Source: the human T2T-CHM13v2.0 reference genome, Homo sapiens. Taken from it: a DNA stretch of 64,000 bases. Positions 28,206 through 42,339 of the stretch are shown here, piece after piece (positions within the stretch are counted from its first letter, which is position 1; every line of letters begins with the position of its first letter). The translations under genes and the position numbers were made by a program. The notes beneath the pieces were generated by a model. The model searched no databases. It saw only the letters and a list, made by a program, of their open reading frames with translations, and had not been told where the DNA came from. The stretch is from the NCBI RefSeq assembly GCF_009914755.1, contig NC_060936.1; one strand, 5' to 3'.

Positions 28206-30283
28206 AGTTAGATGATCTTAAGCAAGAACAGTGGCAGGTGCATTTATTTTTAAAGAGCTCATTCCTTTTGCCCTCATTGACATTTATTTTTACAAAAGTT
28301 CTAAAAAGCAGCAGTGCTTCCAGGCGGGGCAGCCATGCCACTTGGCTTAATTTCCTGCTGTTTAACCTCAGGCCACCTAGTCAGACCTCAGTACACATTC
28401 AGGATTTTGTGTGATGCCATTTCTCATTTTAGGTTAGGTCTTAACCACATTCCTCAATGAAGCACCCAGTTCTGCATGACTTTACTTTTTATAAAATGTG
28501 AGGGGAGGATTTGAGGATGCTGAGATGAACCAAATTCAAGAAGCATCAGAAAATGGACTGTTACCCACACGTCTCTGTGGCTATTCTGAGCTCCTCTAAG
28601 CCACAGTAGGACCAGCAGCACCTACTGTCACCATTCATGCCAGTGTGACTTCTTTTTCCAAGTATGTGTCTATGTGTATGTGTGTGTGTGTCTTTTCTTA
28701 AAATGCCATCCACGTCTGGGTGCTTTCAGGACTTATAGAGGACATTCTGAGCTGCAGATCCTGAGGACTTCAACAATAATCATCAAATTGCTGAAGTACC
28801 AGACAATACCTTAATGTCTTAGGCATGGATATAATGTTAGAACTTGAGCTCTAGCCTCAGACTGATCTGGATTGGAGAGTCACCACCCATACCTCATAGC
28901 CATGTGCCTTTGGGCAAGTTACTTGGCCCTCTTGGGCCTCAGTTTCTGCCTCTGCACAATGACAGCAATAATAACCTCTACCGGAAAGGGTTGTTGTGAA
29001 TGTCAAACAGAAAAGTGCATGTAATGTGCATGCTGCAGAGTAATGTGCATGTCATGTGATGCTGCGGTGTCTGGCACCTAGCAAATGAGAGCTATCGTTA
29101 GCGCTGTTATTACTGTTGTTGTTGGTACTCCTAGAGAAAGCTAAAAGAATTTTGTTGTGTAGGTTGACAGGGCTTTTCTGTATTAGGATTAGCAAAGGTC
29201 CAGTATCTTTTTCTTCCTTCTGAGCCCTGCAAAAATGCTTGGTCTGAAGTGGCCACCTTCTGGAAGCTTTCTGCAGTGGGGTCCCGCAGCATACCAGTGA
29301 GTTGTGTGGCACGTCTGAGTGCTCGAGACAGCTGTTCATTCTATTGCTTTGCTCCACTGTGCAATTGGGTGTGCAATATTGCAGAGGTCAGGAGCCAAAA
29401 CCCAGGAGAGGGCTCTGGAAGTATTCAGCAATCTGTGATTACAAGACCAGCTAACTCAGGCCCCCCTCAATCATAAGTAACATAAACCCTTTCAGAGATC
29501 AAGAAAGGGTGATTTATTCTAGAGAAAGGGGTGTCCTGTGGAGTTCAGATGTAGGAGATGCTGTGAAACCTCCCAGTGTAGTGGTCCCAAGACCTAGGAT
29601 ATCACTGGTCTAGGATATCCATCACTTCATCTTCCCCAAAATCCACCCTCTGCAGCCCAGCAGACATGGAAGAAGGCAGCTACTCACAGAGACCCTGTTT
29701 CTCTGAGAACTGCCTCCTGTTGGACTGTAGCCAGCTTTGAACTAAGTGACACAGCTCCACTCTCTTCACCTCTGCTGTGAGGAGAAGTGGACACTTAACC
29801 CAAGCTAGGCCAATAAGTTTCTTCCTGAGAGTTTGGAATTATGGCTGAATTAGTCCTGGCTGGTTTTCTCATCTGTAAAATGGTGATAATAATAGTAACA
29901 TTTACCTAGTAGAGTTGTGGTGGAGATCAAATGAGAGATGCCATGCCAAGTTCTTACCCAACGCAGGGTGCATAATAAGCACTCAATAAAATGACTGTTA
30001 TGATCATGGTTATCCCCAATACCAAACACCACAGCATAAGGCCTAGCACAAAGTGGTGCTCAATAAATATTTACGGGATGAATGAATCAATCAATCAGGG
30101 AATGCCATAGGCTGCAGTCAGCCATGCTAGTTGATGCTCAGCCATGGCAATGTATGAACCACATGTTTGTACAAAACCTCTTTCTGGAGAACAGAGGACT
30201 TTGCCTCCTAAACGAAACCAGGTTGAACATCCTGACCCTGGGTCTCGTGTTTGTGAGGTGCAAGTACTATATAACAGTTTTGT

Positions 30284-30586
30284 GGCCAGGTGCAGTGGCT
30301 TACACCTGTAATCCCAGCACTTTGGGAAGCCAAAGCAGGAGGACTGCTTGAGACAAGGAGTTTGAGACCACCCTGGGCAACACGGCAAGAATCCATCACT
30401 ACAAAAATACAAAAAATTAAAAATATCAGACAGTCATGGTGGCACACGCCTATGGTCCCAGTTACTTAGCAGGCTGAGGTGACAGAATCACTTGAGCCCA
30501 TGAGATTGAGGCTGCAGTGAGTTGTAATTGCACCACTGCACTCCAGCCTGGGTGACAGAGCAAGATCCTGTCACAAAAAAGAAAGA
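30284..30586 (+). mobile_element. AluJ
   Basis: Diverged Alu with cttgagccc and gaggctgcagtgag. Confidence 0.92.
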
Positions 30587-32667
30587 ATTCTGAGGGTTGC
30601 CAGGTACTCACCATACATTTTACGGCTCATTAAATCTCTAATTAGACAAACTCAATCGTGTGTTTTTGTTAAAATGAGATTTGGGCCATTTCAAAGATTT
30701 CATCGTGCAGGAAATATGGTTTAAGTTTTCCTTGGAAAGGGAGGAGGGGGAAAATGCATTTCACAATAGCATCCAAGAGTTCCAAAGCGTATTTCTGATT
30801 TTATACTTCCTGCAGTCATTCTCTCTTTCACAAATGATTCCTTGTTTTGCTTTCGCTGCTCCCGAATTGTATTTATTTTGTCTGCATCTCCACCTACGCC
30901 CTAGGCTCAAAAATGCACATCCTGGAGATTTGTACCTGCATTAAACAGGGAGCATGTTTATATTTTTAAAATGTAGCTGCAGTAAACAACTTTTGAAATG
31001 TACATGGAATAAATGCAGACAAACATGCTTAATCAACTCGCCCTTGGAGAGCAAGACACAGGGAAAGCTTTGCAAATGAAATTTTCTCCCAGTGGTTTAG
31101 AAAAGAGCCTTCAAAGTGGCAACTCGTGCCCACACCTGGACAGGCTTCAAGAGGAAAGAAATATCAGTCTGGAGCTTCCTGCTTTTGTGTGACGTTTTCA
31201 GTGAAGGGATAGAGCAAGGAAATAAGGATTCATTTAATAAATGACACAAGGTCAGATGACCTCTTCTGGTGCAACAGGGCTACAATGAAGCCATCAGACT
31301 TTAACCAGCACCTTCAGGAAGTGAGCACGTACACACGCCATGTTTGGTGTTGTAAAACAGTGTTTAACAGCCCTGATCATCTTGAGCTTAAGCATTTTAG
31401 AGTCTCAAGATGCTGGAACTATGACAGGCCCTTAATAGGCCCCCAGAAAATATTTGTGGAACTAATAATCATCATGCTAGATAAAAAATGACAGATTCCA
31501 TTTACCAATAGCTTGCTACATGCCAGGCATTCTGCGTTCACTAAGTTTAATTGTTACAACTGTACCGCAAAGCAAGTATTGTTATAAGCACCTTCACCAT
31601 GGTAGAAATGAGAACACAGAGGCTCAGAGAAGATAAAGGACTTGTCCAAGGTCACTCCACTGGGAAGCAGAAGCTTGAGGATTTGAAACCTATGTCTGTC
31701 TGATACTAAAATCCGCATTATTGTCTCTTGTCTCCCCAACGTCTCTCCTTTTTCTTCTTAAAAGCATTTTCCCTAGTTCCTTCTGCCTGTTACAAAGGAA
31801 ACGGGGTAATTTCATGCTTCAAGAGATCTACATGCTTAGCGTCCACCCACCATGTGGTAGTCCAGGCAAGGACATACTCCGTGCCTCTGGCAAAGCCCAA
31901 GGAGACCTCTCACTGCCCCCCAGGCATCCCCTAAAAGCACAGTTGCACTTTCTAGTTACTCCCAGAATGAATACCCCCATGGATGCACAGAAAACAGTAA
32001 TTCTCATGGGTGACCAAGGCATGGCATGCACGACCATATGGGCAACTGGTCTCCCCAAGACTGAATGGGAAAATTGAATATCTTTGTCCTTCATGTCCTT
32101 TTTTGTCCTTGCCACCTTCCAGCTGTTGCATCTCCTGTTAAATAACGTCACTTTCCTCCAACTTTCATTTAGTCAAGCAACAAACACTCACTGATCCCTT
32201 ACAAGGTCAGCTCTGATCTCAGGATCAGATCCCTACCTGAATAGGGGCAGATGCATAAAACAAGTAACTTTAGTGCATGAGCTCAGTGTTCCAAGAAAAG
32301 AGACTTGATCAATATGCTCTGGAAACACAGAGAAGCATGACTAACTCAGCCAGTGGAGGGAGAATTGAAGAAGGGGGTGCTTACGAAGGCTTCATAATGG
32401 TGATGATACTTAAGTTGGGTCTTGAAGGATGAGTAGTTTTCCAAGTGAGAGAAGAGAGAAACAGCATTGCCTACAGAAGGTATAATGTGTTTCCAGGAGT
32501 TCAGCGTGTTTCAGAAGTACTCAGAGTGGCTGCAGAAAAGAGTGTATCTGGGCAGAGGTGCAACCAACAGATGAAAAGTCATGAATGACTCTATAGAACA
32601 CCCTGAAGAATTGAGGCTTTCCTTTGTGATCCATGGAAGCCACTGAAGGGTCTTGAGCAAGAGCATG

Positions 32668-33050
32668 TGTATTAGTGCATTATTGCACCACTATAAAGAA
32701 ATACCTGAGACTGGGTAATTTACAAAGAAAGGTGGTTTACCTGGCTCACAGTTCCACAGGCTGTACAGGAAGCATGATGCTGGCTTCTGGGGAGGCCTCA
32801 GGAAACTTATAACCATGGCAGAAGGCAAAGGGGAAGCAGACCCGTCTTACCAAATGGGGAAGAGAGAGAAAGAGTGGAAGTGCCACACACTTTTAAAAGA
32901 CCAGATCTTGTGGTAACTCACTATCATGAGAACGGCACCAGAGGGGAAATCCACCCTCATGAACCAATCACCTCCCACTAGGACCCAACAACATTGAGGA
33001 TTACAATTTGACATGAAATTTGGGCAGGGACAAAGACCCAAACCATATCA
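32668..33050 (-). mobile_element. MST (MSTA-like) solo LTR
   Basis: tgtattagt...aaatacctgagactgggtaattt...caaaccatatca; TSD gcatg/gcacg. Confidence 0.88.
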
Positions 33051-33082
33051 GCACGGTAATGAGTTTCACTCTATAGAAAGAT

Positions 33083-33800
<718 letters not shown>

Positions 33801-34250
33801 CCAGATTGTATAGAGGTGAGAGTGGCAGTGGGAACCTAGGAGACCAGCCAGAAAGCCATCCCAAAAGAGGAGGAATGGGTCACGGATGCAGCAGTGGAAC
33901 AGGGACCCACTATCACAACAAGGGCTTTGGTGTGGGCCCTTTCCCAGAAAGAAGGGGGTCATAATGACACAGTGAGTCCCATTGGAAGAGACCTCAAAGA
34001 TCAAATTGGGCCAGACACAGGAGCCAATACCTGTAATCCCAGCACTTTGAGAGGCCAAGGCAGGAGGATCACTTGAGGTCAAGAGTTCAAGACCAGCCTA
34101 GACAATATAGCAAGACCCAGTCTCTACAAAAAAATTTAAATAATTAGACAAGTGTCTGGTGTGTGCCTGTGGTCCTAGCTACTCAAGATGCTGAGGCAGG
34201 AGGATCACTTGAGCCCAGCAGCTCCAGGCTGCAGTGAGCTGTGATAACAC

Positions 34251-36008
34251 TGCATCCAGAATTGGTAGGTTCTTGGTCTCGCTGACTTCAAGAATGAAGT
34301 CACGGACCCTCGCAGTGGGTGTTACATTTCTTAAAGATGGTGTGTCCAGAGTTTGTTCCTTCAGATGTTCAGATGTGTCCAGAGTTTCTTCTTTCTAGTG
34401 GGTTCGTGGTCTCGCTGGCTTCAGGAGTGAAGCTGCAGACCTTCACAGTGCATTTTACAGCTCTTAAAGGCAGGGCATCTGGAGTTGTTCGTTCCTCCCC
34501 TCCAGAGTTGTTCATTTCTCCCTGTGAGTTCATGCTCTCGCTGGCTTCAGGAGTGAAGCTGCAGACCTTCATGGTGAGCATTACAGCTCATAAAGGTGTT
34601 GCAAACCCAAAGAGTGAGCAGCAGCAAGAGTTATTGCCAACAGCGAAAAAACAACACTTCCATGATCTGAAAAGGGACCTGAGCCGGTTGCCTCTACTGG
34701 CTCCAGCAGCCTGCTTTTATTCCCTTATCTGGCCCTACCCACACCCTGCTGATTGGCCCATTTTACAGAGAGCTGATTGGTCCGTTTTACAGAGAGCTGA
34801 TTGGTCCATTTTGATAGAGTGCTGATTGGTGCGTTTACAATCCCTGAGTTAGACACAGAGTGCTGATTGGTGCATTTGCAATCCTCTAGCTAGACATAAA
34901 AGTTCTCCAAGTCCTCACCAGATTAGCTAGATACAGAGAGCTGATTGGTGCATCCATGAACCCCGAGCTAGACACAGAGTGCTGATTGTTGCATATACAA
35001 TCTTCCAGCTAGACATAAAAGTTCTCCAAGTCCCCACTCAACTCAGGAGCCCAGCTGGCTTCGCCTGGTGGATCTTGCAAGTGGGGCAGGGGTGGAGTTG
35101 CCGGCCAGTCCCACCCCGCTGCCTGCACTCCTCAGCCCTTGGGCGGTCAATGGGACCGGGTACCACGGAGCAGGGGGCAGCGCCCGTCAGGGAGGCTGGG
35201 TGGGGCAGGGTGGGGGAGGGGGGAGGGAGGGGGGAGGGGGGAGGGGGAGGGGGAGGGAGGGGGAGGGGGGAGGGAGGGCAGAAAGTGGGGCAGGGAGGAA
35301 GGGGGTGGGGGAGGAAGGGGGCAGGGTGGGGAAGGAAGGGGGCGGGGAGGAAGGAAGGGGGCTGTGTGGGAGGGGGAGGAAGGGGGTGGCGTGGGGAGTG
35401 GGAGGAAGGGGCGGTGTGGGGGGATGGGAGGAAGGGGGCGGCGGGGGGGAGGAAGGGGCAGCGGGGGGGGAGGAAGGGGGTGGGGGGAGAGGAAGGGGCC
35501 GCGGGGGGAGGAAGGGGGCGGTGTGGGGGGAGGAAGGGGTGGCAGAGGGGAGGAGGAAGGCGGGGGGCTCAGGCATGGCGGGCTGCAGGTCCGAGCCCTG
35601 CCCTGTGGGGAGGTGGCTGAGGCCTGGCAAGAATTTGAGTGCGGTGCGGGCAGGCCGGCAGTGCTGGGGGACCCGGCGCAACCTCTGCAGCTCCTGGCCC
35701 AGATGCTAAGCGCATCACTGCCAGGCACCGGCACCGGCCAGCCGCTCCTAGTGCGTGGCCCTCCGAGCTTACGCCCACCCGGAACTCGTGCTGGCCTGGG
35801 AGCATGGCACGCAGACTCGGTTCCCACCCGTGCCTCTCCCTGCACGCCTCCCCGCAAGCAGAGGGAACCAGCTCCAGCCTCGGCCAGCCCTGAGAGGGGC
35901 TCCCACAGTGCAGCTCAGGCTGAAGGGCTCCTCAAGCGCGGCCAGAGTAGGCACCAAGGCCGAGGAGGCGCCAAGAGTGAGGGCTGCTAGCACCTTTGTC
36001 ACCTCTCA
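34251..36008 (-). mobile_element. LTR12 (LTR12C-like, ERV9) solo LTR
   Basis: gaattggtaggttcttggtctcgctgacttcaagaatgaag at one end and tgtcacctctca at the other; six intact ctgattgg (CCAAT/NF-Y) repeats at 34749-34948; TATA-like ATAAAA on the minus strand at ~34715-34720; CpG-rich U3. Confidence 0.95.
35198..35567 (+). repeat. G-rich degenerate minisatellite (GGAGGAAGGGG units) inside LTR12
   Basis: About 370 nt with at least 12 AGGAAGGGG cores and dozens of G3+ runs. Confidence 0.92.
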
Positions 36009-37439
36009 GCACCACTGCTCTCTATCCTGGGCAGCAGAGCAAAACTCCATTCCTTTAAAAAAATCAAATTGCTCACTTTTCCTTTTCACTGATAAAAGTG
36101 GTCATGGACACACTATTAAGTGGTGAAACTAGCATTTTACAATTAGATAATCTGTCTTGAGGATCCCTTTATAGTCTTAAGATTGTTTAATGCGTACTGA
36201 CTCTTTGTAGTAAGGTTTAGTTTAGGCCTTCAAGAGCTAAGGAGTTTATTGGCAGAGCCCAGAATTGTCTTAACAGACAACATTTATTAAGCACACACTA
36301 AATGCCAGGTACTATGTGAGGTACCTAGAATTTATTAGCTGTAATTCTCATATCTCTAAAAAGAAAGGCAATATTATGAATGTCTCCTTTTTACAGATGA
36401 GGAAATTGATGCATGGGGAGGTTCTAACTTGCCCAGAGTCACACAGTGATGACAGTGACCTGCAATATAGGGCCATGCAATGCCAAAGGAAGTTTCTCAA
36501 ACAAAAACTATGGAGAAAAAAAATATAGGATGAAGGGCAGTGGGGTATGAATATTTCATCAATTCAAGAGGCCCCAGTTTATCTTGATCCTAAGGAAGAA
36601 GTCTTTGTGTCCCTAGCTTAGGATAAAGAACCAGCTCTGGAAGCCTGGATGACAAACTGGGGTCACCCTCTTAGTTCATGGGGTGCTCAAAAGGAGATGC
36701 ACCCAGGACCCAGATGGGCATCCTCCTGTTGAAAGAGGGACCTGGGATCCAACTTAATTAATCATCTTCTCACTGCCAAGGTTTCCCTTGCCCTCCCATC
36801 TGTTCTATTCTCCAGGGATTAAGGGACCTTTACAGTTCCAGCTCATTCAGAATAAAGTTCCTTTAAATGAGTGGCCAATTTCTTTTTTTCCTTTGAGCCT
36901 GACATGCGGAGCCAGCTGTTGACTTAGGAAACTCTGCCAACAGTGCGTGTCGGGTGCAGACCTCATCTGGTGTCTGCTTGGGATTTTCCTTTTAATTATA
37001 ATTATACTTCAAAGGGAATCTGGAACTTGCAGAGCCAAAGATCAAAGCCTCAAGAGGGGCTACGTTCTCCCTAACAGTCCCCAACAGGGCTCTGAAGACA
37101 GGGGGGAAGGGAAGGATGTATGTGATGCCATCAGCCTGGCTAACCTCAGCCCTCCCACATCGCACCCTGTGTTCATGTGGCTGCCACTGGGCATCCAGCT
37201 TAGCCAACTAGTCCCTTCAGTGTGGCCAGAGTAGGAAATTACCTACGGGGTATGATCTGAGGATGGAGCAGCATAGTCCACACTAAAACATACCCCTACA
37301 CACCAAAACTTGCTACATGCCTAATATTACACCACTTGCCAAGCAGCTTTTTAGATTAAGTATCGTGCACTCCATGCTCTGCTATTTCAAGGTGAAAATG
37401 CTACTAAGCTAGTGATGCTATGTGTCACTCCCACCTTAG

Positions 37440-37768
<329 letters not shown>

Positions 37769-38021
37769 CGGTTGGTTTCCATAGGTCAGAGCAGCATGAG
37801 GATATTTAGCACTGGGTGGAGGAAGATAATTGATGGAGACGAGTAAATATTTCAATATCGCTAAAAAGGGAAAGAAATGAAGGAAACCAACATGTATTAA
37901 GCACCTACTGTGTGATAGTCTTTCACATATGTGATATTATTTGTTTTCTTAGCAACCCTCTAAAGTTGGCATTATCACCTGTATTTTGTAGTTGTCCCTC
38001 GCCTCCCAGTTGGGTTTAATC

Positions 38022-38195
38022 CAGTGGTTCTCAGACTTTAACAGCCATAGGAATGCCTGAAAGTGGAGATTCCTTGGTCCACACCAGAGGTTCTGGTTCA
38101 CCTGGTCAGAATGTAGTCCATGAATTTGCAGGCGTAATAAGCTCCCAAATGATGCTGCTGGCATTGGTTCATGGACCACGGCTTGAGCAGCACTG
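38022..38195. mobile_element. MER5A
   Basis: cagtggttctcagactt...ggaccacggcttgagcagcactg terminal inverted repeats. Confidence 0.75.
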
Positions 38196-39484
38196 GATTT
38201 GGCCAGTCATAGCTATCTTATTTGCTTCGCCAACAACTGGTTCGAATGATGGCCATCCCGGAGCCCATTTGGGCCAATGGGTGCAGGAAAGAAGCCTTGA
38301 CCCTGGTTGCTGTCAGAAGCCACTTTACAACCATGAGGGGAAGATGTCTAAAGATGAGGCTGATTCTGTGGGCAATTCACTCTGTGCAGAGCTCAGTGAC
38401 ATGACAGACCTTCAAAGTCAACCCTGAAATCCCAAATCCTACTCTGTACTTCTTCTTACATGGAGTAATAAATTTCCTTATGTGTAAGCAACAGTGAGTG
38501 GAGTTTCCTGTTACTTTCAGCTCAAAGACATTATCAACATTCTCAGATGAAGAAAGAGGGGCTTGGTCCAAGGCCCATGGTCACAGAGCTGGTTACCCAG
38601 GTCCGTGTGATGTCAAGTGTCCTTCCAATTTACCACACTGCCTGAGAGGTTTTCTCTTCCAATACCTGATGTGACTCCCCATCTACTTTGGCACAAGCAT
38701 TTGAGACCAGACCCATCTAATCTCCTATCACCAAGAGGTTCAGGATCCCATTCATCCATCCAACTGTCCATCCATCTGTCCATCCATCCATCCTTTCATT
38801 CATCAAGCATTTATCCAGCACTTGCTGCGTATCAAATCCTGTACTCAAGGCTGGGGATCTACTGCAAGACAAGACGCAATCTTGGCCCCGAAGGAGCTCA
38901 GATCTAGAGGAAGAGACAGCCCGACAATCTCAGCATCTCTTTCTACGTTCAAGACAAGGGCATTGAGCTCAGCCTATGGATGTCCAGATGTCCAGTTGTT
39001 GTAGGTTTCTAAGGTGTTGGCAGATAATTAAAACCCAGTCTTCTTTTGTTTGACTCAGATAGATTTATCCACTTTTGGAAGGTTGAATTTATTTTAACAT
39101 CAGTAAACCAATTCAAGATATCCTCAATAATGGATATCATACAAATATTCAACCATCACATTTCTCTGTTTATAGAGCATCAAAGTGCACAGTACATTGT
39201 AAAGCTGCTAATTAATTCTTGTAACGCCCTGGTGTCATGAGCAAAAGGCAGATAATAACCCTATTTTACCAGTGGGACCAATGGCCGCTGTAATTCAGCA
39301 ACTAGCCTGTGGTCATGTGGCAGATCACCTGCATTTTATACCTTCATTAACAGCACAGCTTATTAATTGTAACAATTACATTCACAATTAACATTTATTG
39401 AGAGCCCCCATAAACCTGGCTCTGTCCTAAGAACTTTATACACACATCACGTCCATCACTGGAGGTGCAGCCTCATGTTCCTTC

Positions 39485-39556
39485 CTCAGACTCATGAAAA
39501 AATAAGATCTCCCTGCAGCCAGGGAGGTGGAATATTCTGATTGGCTGGGCCTGCAT
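39485..39556 (+). repeat. 72-bp templated copy of 40642-40714 inserted in a MIR
   Basis: One substitution and one 1-nt indel relative to the donor. Confidence 0.95.
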
Positions 39557-40289
39557 GTGATGTTGTGTTGATTCTCCATCACAAGCCTATGAAGTAGGCT
39601 TTGTGATTATTCTCACCTTGCACACAAGGAAACTGAGGCTCAAAGAGTAATCTTATCTGCCAAAGACCCTGGCTGGTGAACTCAGGTCTGTATGACTCCA
39701 AATCCCATACCCTGCCCTTTGACTTATTGCACCTGCTGGGTGACATGTTGGAAGGAGAGGATCGTGTATTCTTGTCCTGAGTCTTCCATTCCTTTGCTGT
39801 GTGACGTTAGGAAAATTCTCCAGCTTCTCTGAGTCTTAGATTGCACATCTGTTGGTGAAGCAGAGAGAGTACAAGCTTTGGAGCCAAAGTGCAGTTTGTG
39901 TTTGAACCCCACCTCTGTTCCTTACTCTGTCATGTAACTGGAAATTAACCTCTCTGGACCTGTTTTCTCATCTGTAAAATGGAGATAATAGCAGTCCTAT
40001 CCCACAAAATATATTGCAAGGGTAAATGGAAATAATATGTGTAAAACTAAGTGGGTAGCACATAGTATGCACTTAGACACTTAGTAGGTAAATGGCAGCT
40101 GTTTTTAGTGTGTCTGTCATGTGATGGAGGTGTTGTGTTGGGTAATCTCTCAACGCTGATGATCTCTGATAATTTTTAAATGAAAGATCTCCCATGGATT
40201 TTGGTTTAGCCACAGAGAACTAGTGTAACTCTCCAGGGGTGTAGTTTGGGGTTGTCTTGACAAAAATATTTGCAATATGCTAACAAAAT

Positions 40290-40760
40290 TGTGGTCAAAT
40301 CAAGATCCTGCTAGTTGCAAATGATAGAAAACCCCAATTCAATGTGGCCTACGCAAAAGAGAAAACTAATTATCTAAGATTAACAAAAAGTCCACAAATA
40401 AACCTAGCTTTAGGAATAATGAGTTCCAAGTGTTCGAACATTATCTCCAGATACATACTCTTCTTTCTTCTGTGTTGCCTTCATTCTCAGGCAGGCTTTA
40501 CCAAGTTGATGGCCAAGATAGTCGCCAAGAGCTCTAGGCTCACATTCTTCCATGGGAGCAACCCCAGCAGAAAGAGATCTTCTCTTTCCCAAGAGCAGCA
40601 GCAAATGTCCTGAGACTAAATACCTTGGTTTTTCTTTGGGTCTCAGACTCATGAAAAAATAAGATCCTCCCTGCAGCCAGGGAGGTGGAATATTTTGATT
40701 GGCTGGGCCTGCATCCCGTGTTCACCTCCGAAGCCACATGGATGGAAGGTGAGAGAGGAA
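40290..40760 (-). mobile_element. MLT1-type LTR relic
   Basis: ctagttgcaaatgatagaaaccccaattcaa...tgattggctgggcctgcatc. Confidence 0.6.
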
Positions 40761-40828
40761 GGCTCCCATGGGGAGTTGACTGGAGCATCTATGCCTGGGA
40801 GGAAACTAGTACCGTCTAGCTGCCAGTC

Positions 40829-40942
40829 TGCAGATTTCCTGGGCTTGGAGTCTAGGAGCATAACGTCGAGCTTTAATCACCAAGTTGCAGATTTCCTGGG
40901 CTTGCAGTCCAAGAGCATAACATTGGGCTTTAATCACCCAGC
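40829..40942 (+). repeat. 57-bp tandem duplication
   Basis: tgcagatttcctgggcttg...ctttaatcacc occurs twice with about 8 mismatches. Confidence 0.93.
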
Positions 40943-41243
40943 TACAAATTGGTGTCCCACTCCCAATCACAGTGGCCTGGGGAGAGTCCCAGCAGCCACA
41001 CTCAAACCCCTCAGCCCCATCTTCCCCCTGTGCCCTCTGCATAAAATCCCAGATCCCAGCTGCTGTCACGATCATGACTGGCCCTTTCTACCGCTCCCTT
41101 GTTCCTCACCCCTCCCCTCCACCAACCCTATTGCTATGCTCCAGCTGGACTGAGCCACCTTCACTATCAAGTTCTCACTCACCTCCATCCCGATCTTTGC
41201 AAATGCTGTCCCCTCTGCCTGGCACATCTTCCTCCTTCCTCTT

Positions 41244-41385
41244 CTTTTATTTATTTTTTCAATTGAAAAATGAAAAATTGTATATATTTATGGCATACAA
41301 CGTGATGTTTTGATGTATGTATACATTGTGGGATGATTGAATCAAGCTAATTAACATATCCATCACCTCACATACTAATCATTCC
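41244..41385 (-). mobile_element. L1MA 3' terminal fragment within an L2 relic
   Basis: ttgtatatatttatggcatacaacgtgatgttttg...aattaacatatccatcacctcacata. Confidence 0.8.
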
Positions 41386-41407
41386 TCATCCTTTAGAACT
41401 GTACTCA

Positions 41408-41814
<407 letters not shown>

Positions 41815-42339
41815 TCATATGATATCATAACTGCTTAATTATCTGCCTACCTCCCCCCCACCACCCTGCCATCAATGAGACCCTGAGAGGGAGTTTGGGG
41901 GCGGGTGTGTGTTTCCTAGCTCTGAGCTGGGACCCCCAGAGGGGCTCAGGAAGACCTTTTTGAATGGAGAAATATCTGGACAGTGAGGATGATTTATTGA
42001 CAAGTCCACAGGTCAGAAGAGCAAGGAGCAAGGCACCAAGTGTGAGATGGACTTGAGAAGGTCCTGGTTAGTTGCCAAAGACCCCAACAGGGATGAGGAC
42101 AGGTAGGTCTGTCAGAGGTTAGGCAGATAGGGCACTCTTGAATCTCAGCTCTAGATAAGATCTTAACCCAGCTCCAAAACCATGACAGATCTAGAGGGTC
42201 GTGCCCAGCAGGGCCCCTTAGAGACAAAGATCCTCACCACTCCCTCCCCAAAGGCACATGGAGATGGTTTGAAAGAAATCTTTGCAGTTCCCACAAAAAG
42301 CTTGTGATCTGCAAACAAAAATGCTCCCTCACCTACCTT

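Larger units (their letters stand above)
34009..36063 (+). mobile_element. AluJ split by LTR12 (34009-34250 + 36009-36063)
   Basis: Alu stops at gtgataacac and resumes gcaccactgc...cctggg; TSD atcaaattg at 34000-34008 and 36063-36071 brackets both parts. Confidence 0.9.

Noticed and set aside
34749-35030. Regularly spaced gctgattgg repeats resembling a CRISPR-like array
   Set aside because: This is the known LTR12 CCAAT tandem repeat; the spacers are themselves repetitive and the context is eukaryotic.
34979-36126. Long overlapping ORFs (up to 283 aa) and a CpG-island-like region
   Set aside because: They are open in several frames on both strands because the G-rich LTR12 sequence lacks stop codons. 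The Gly/Pro-rich products are low complexity, and the CpG richness is intrinsic to LTR12.
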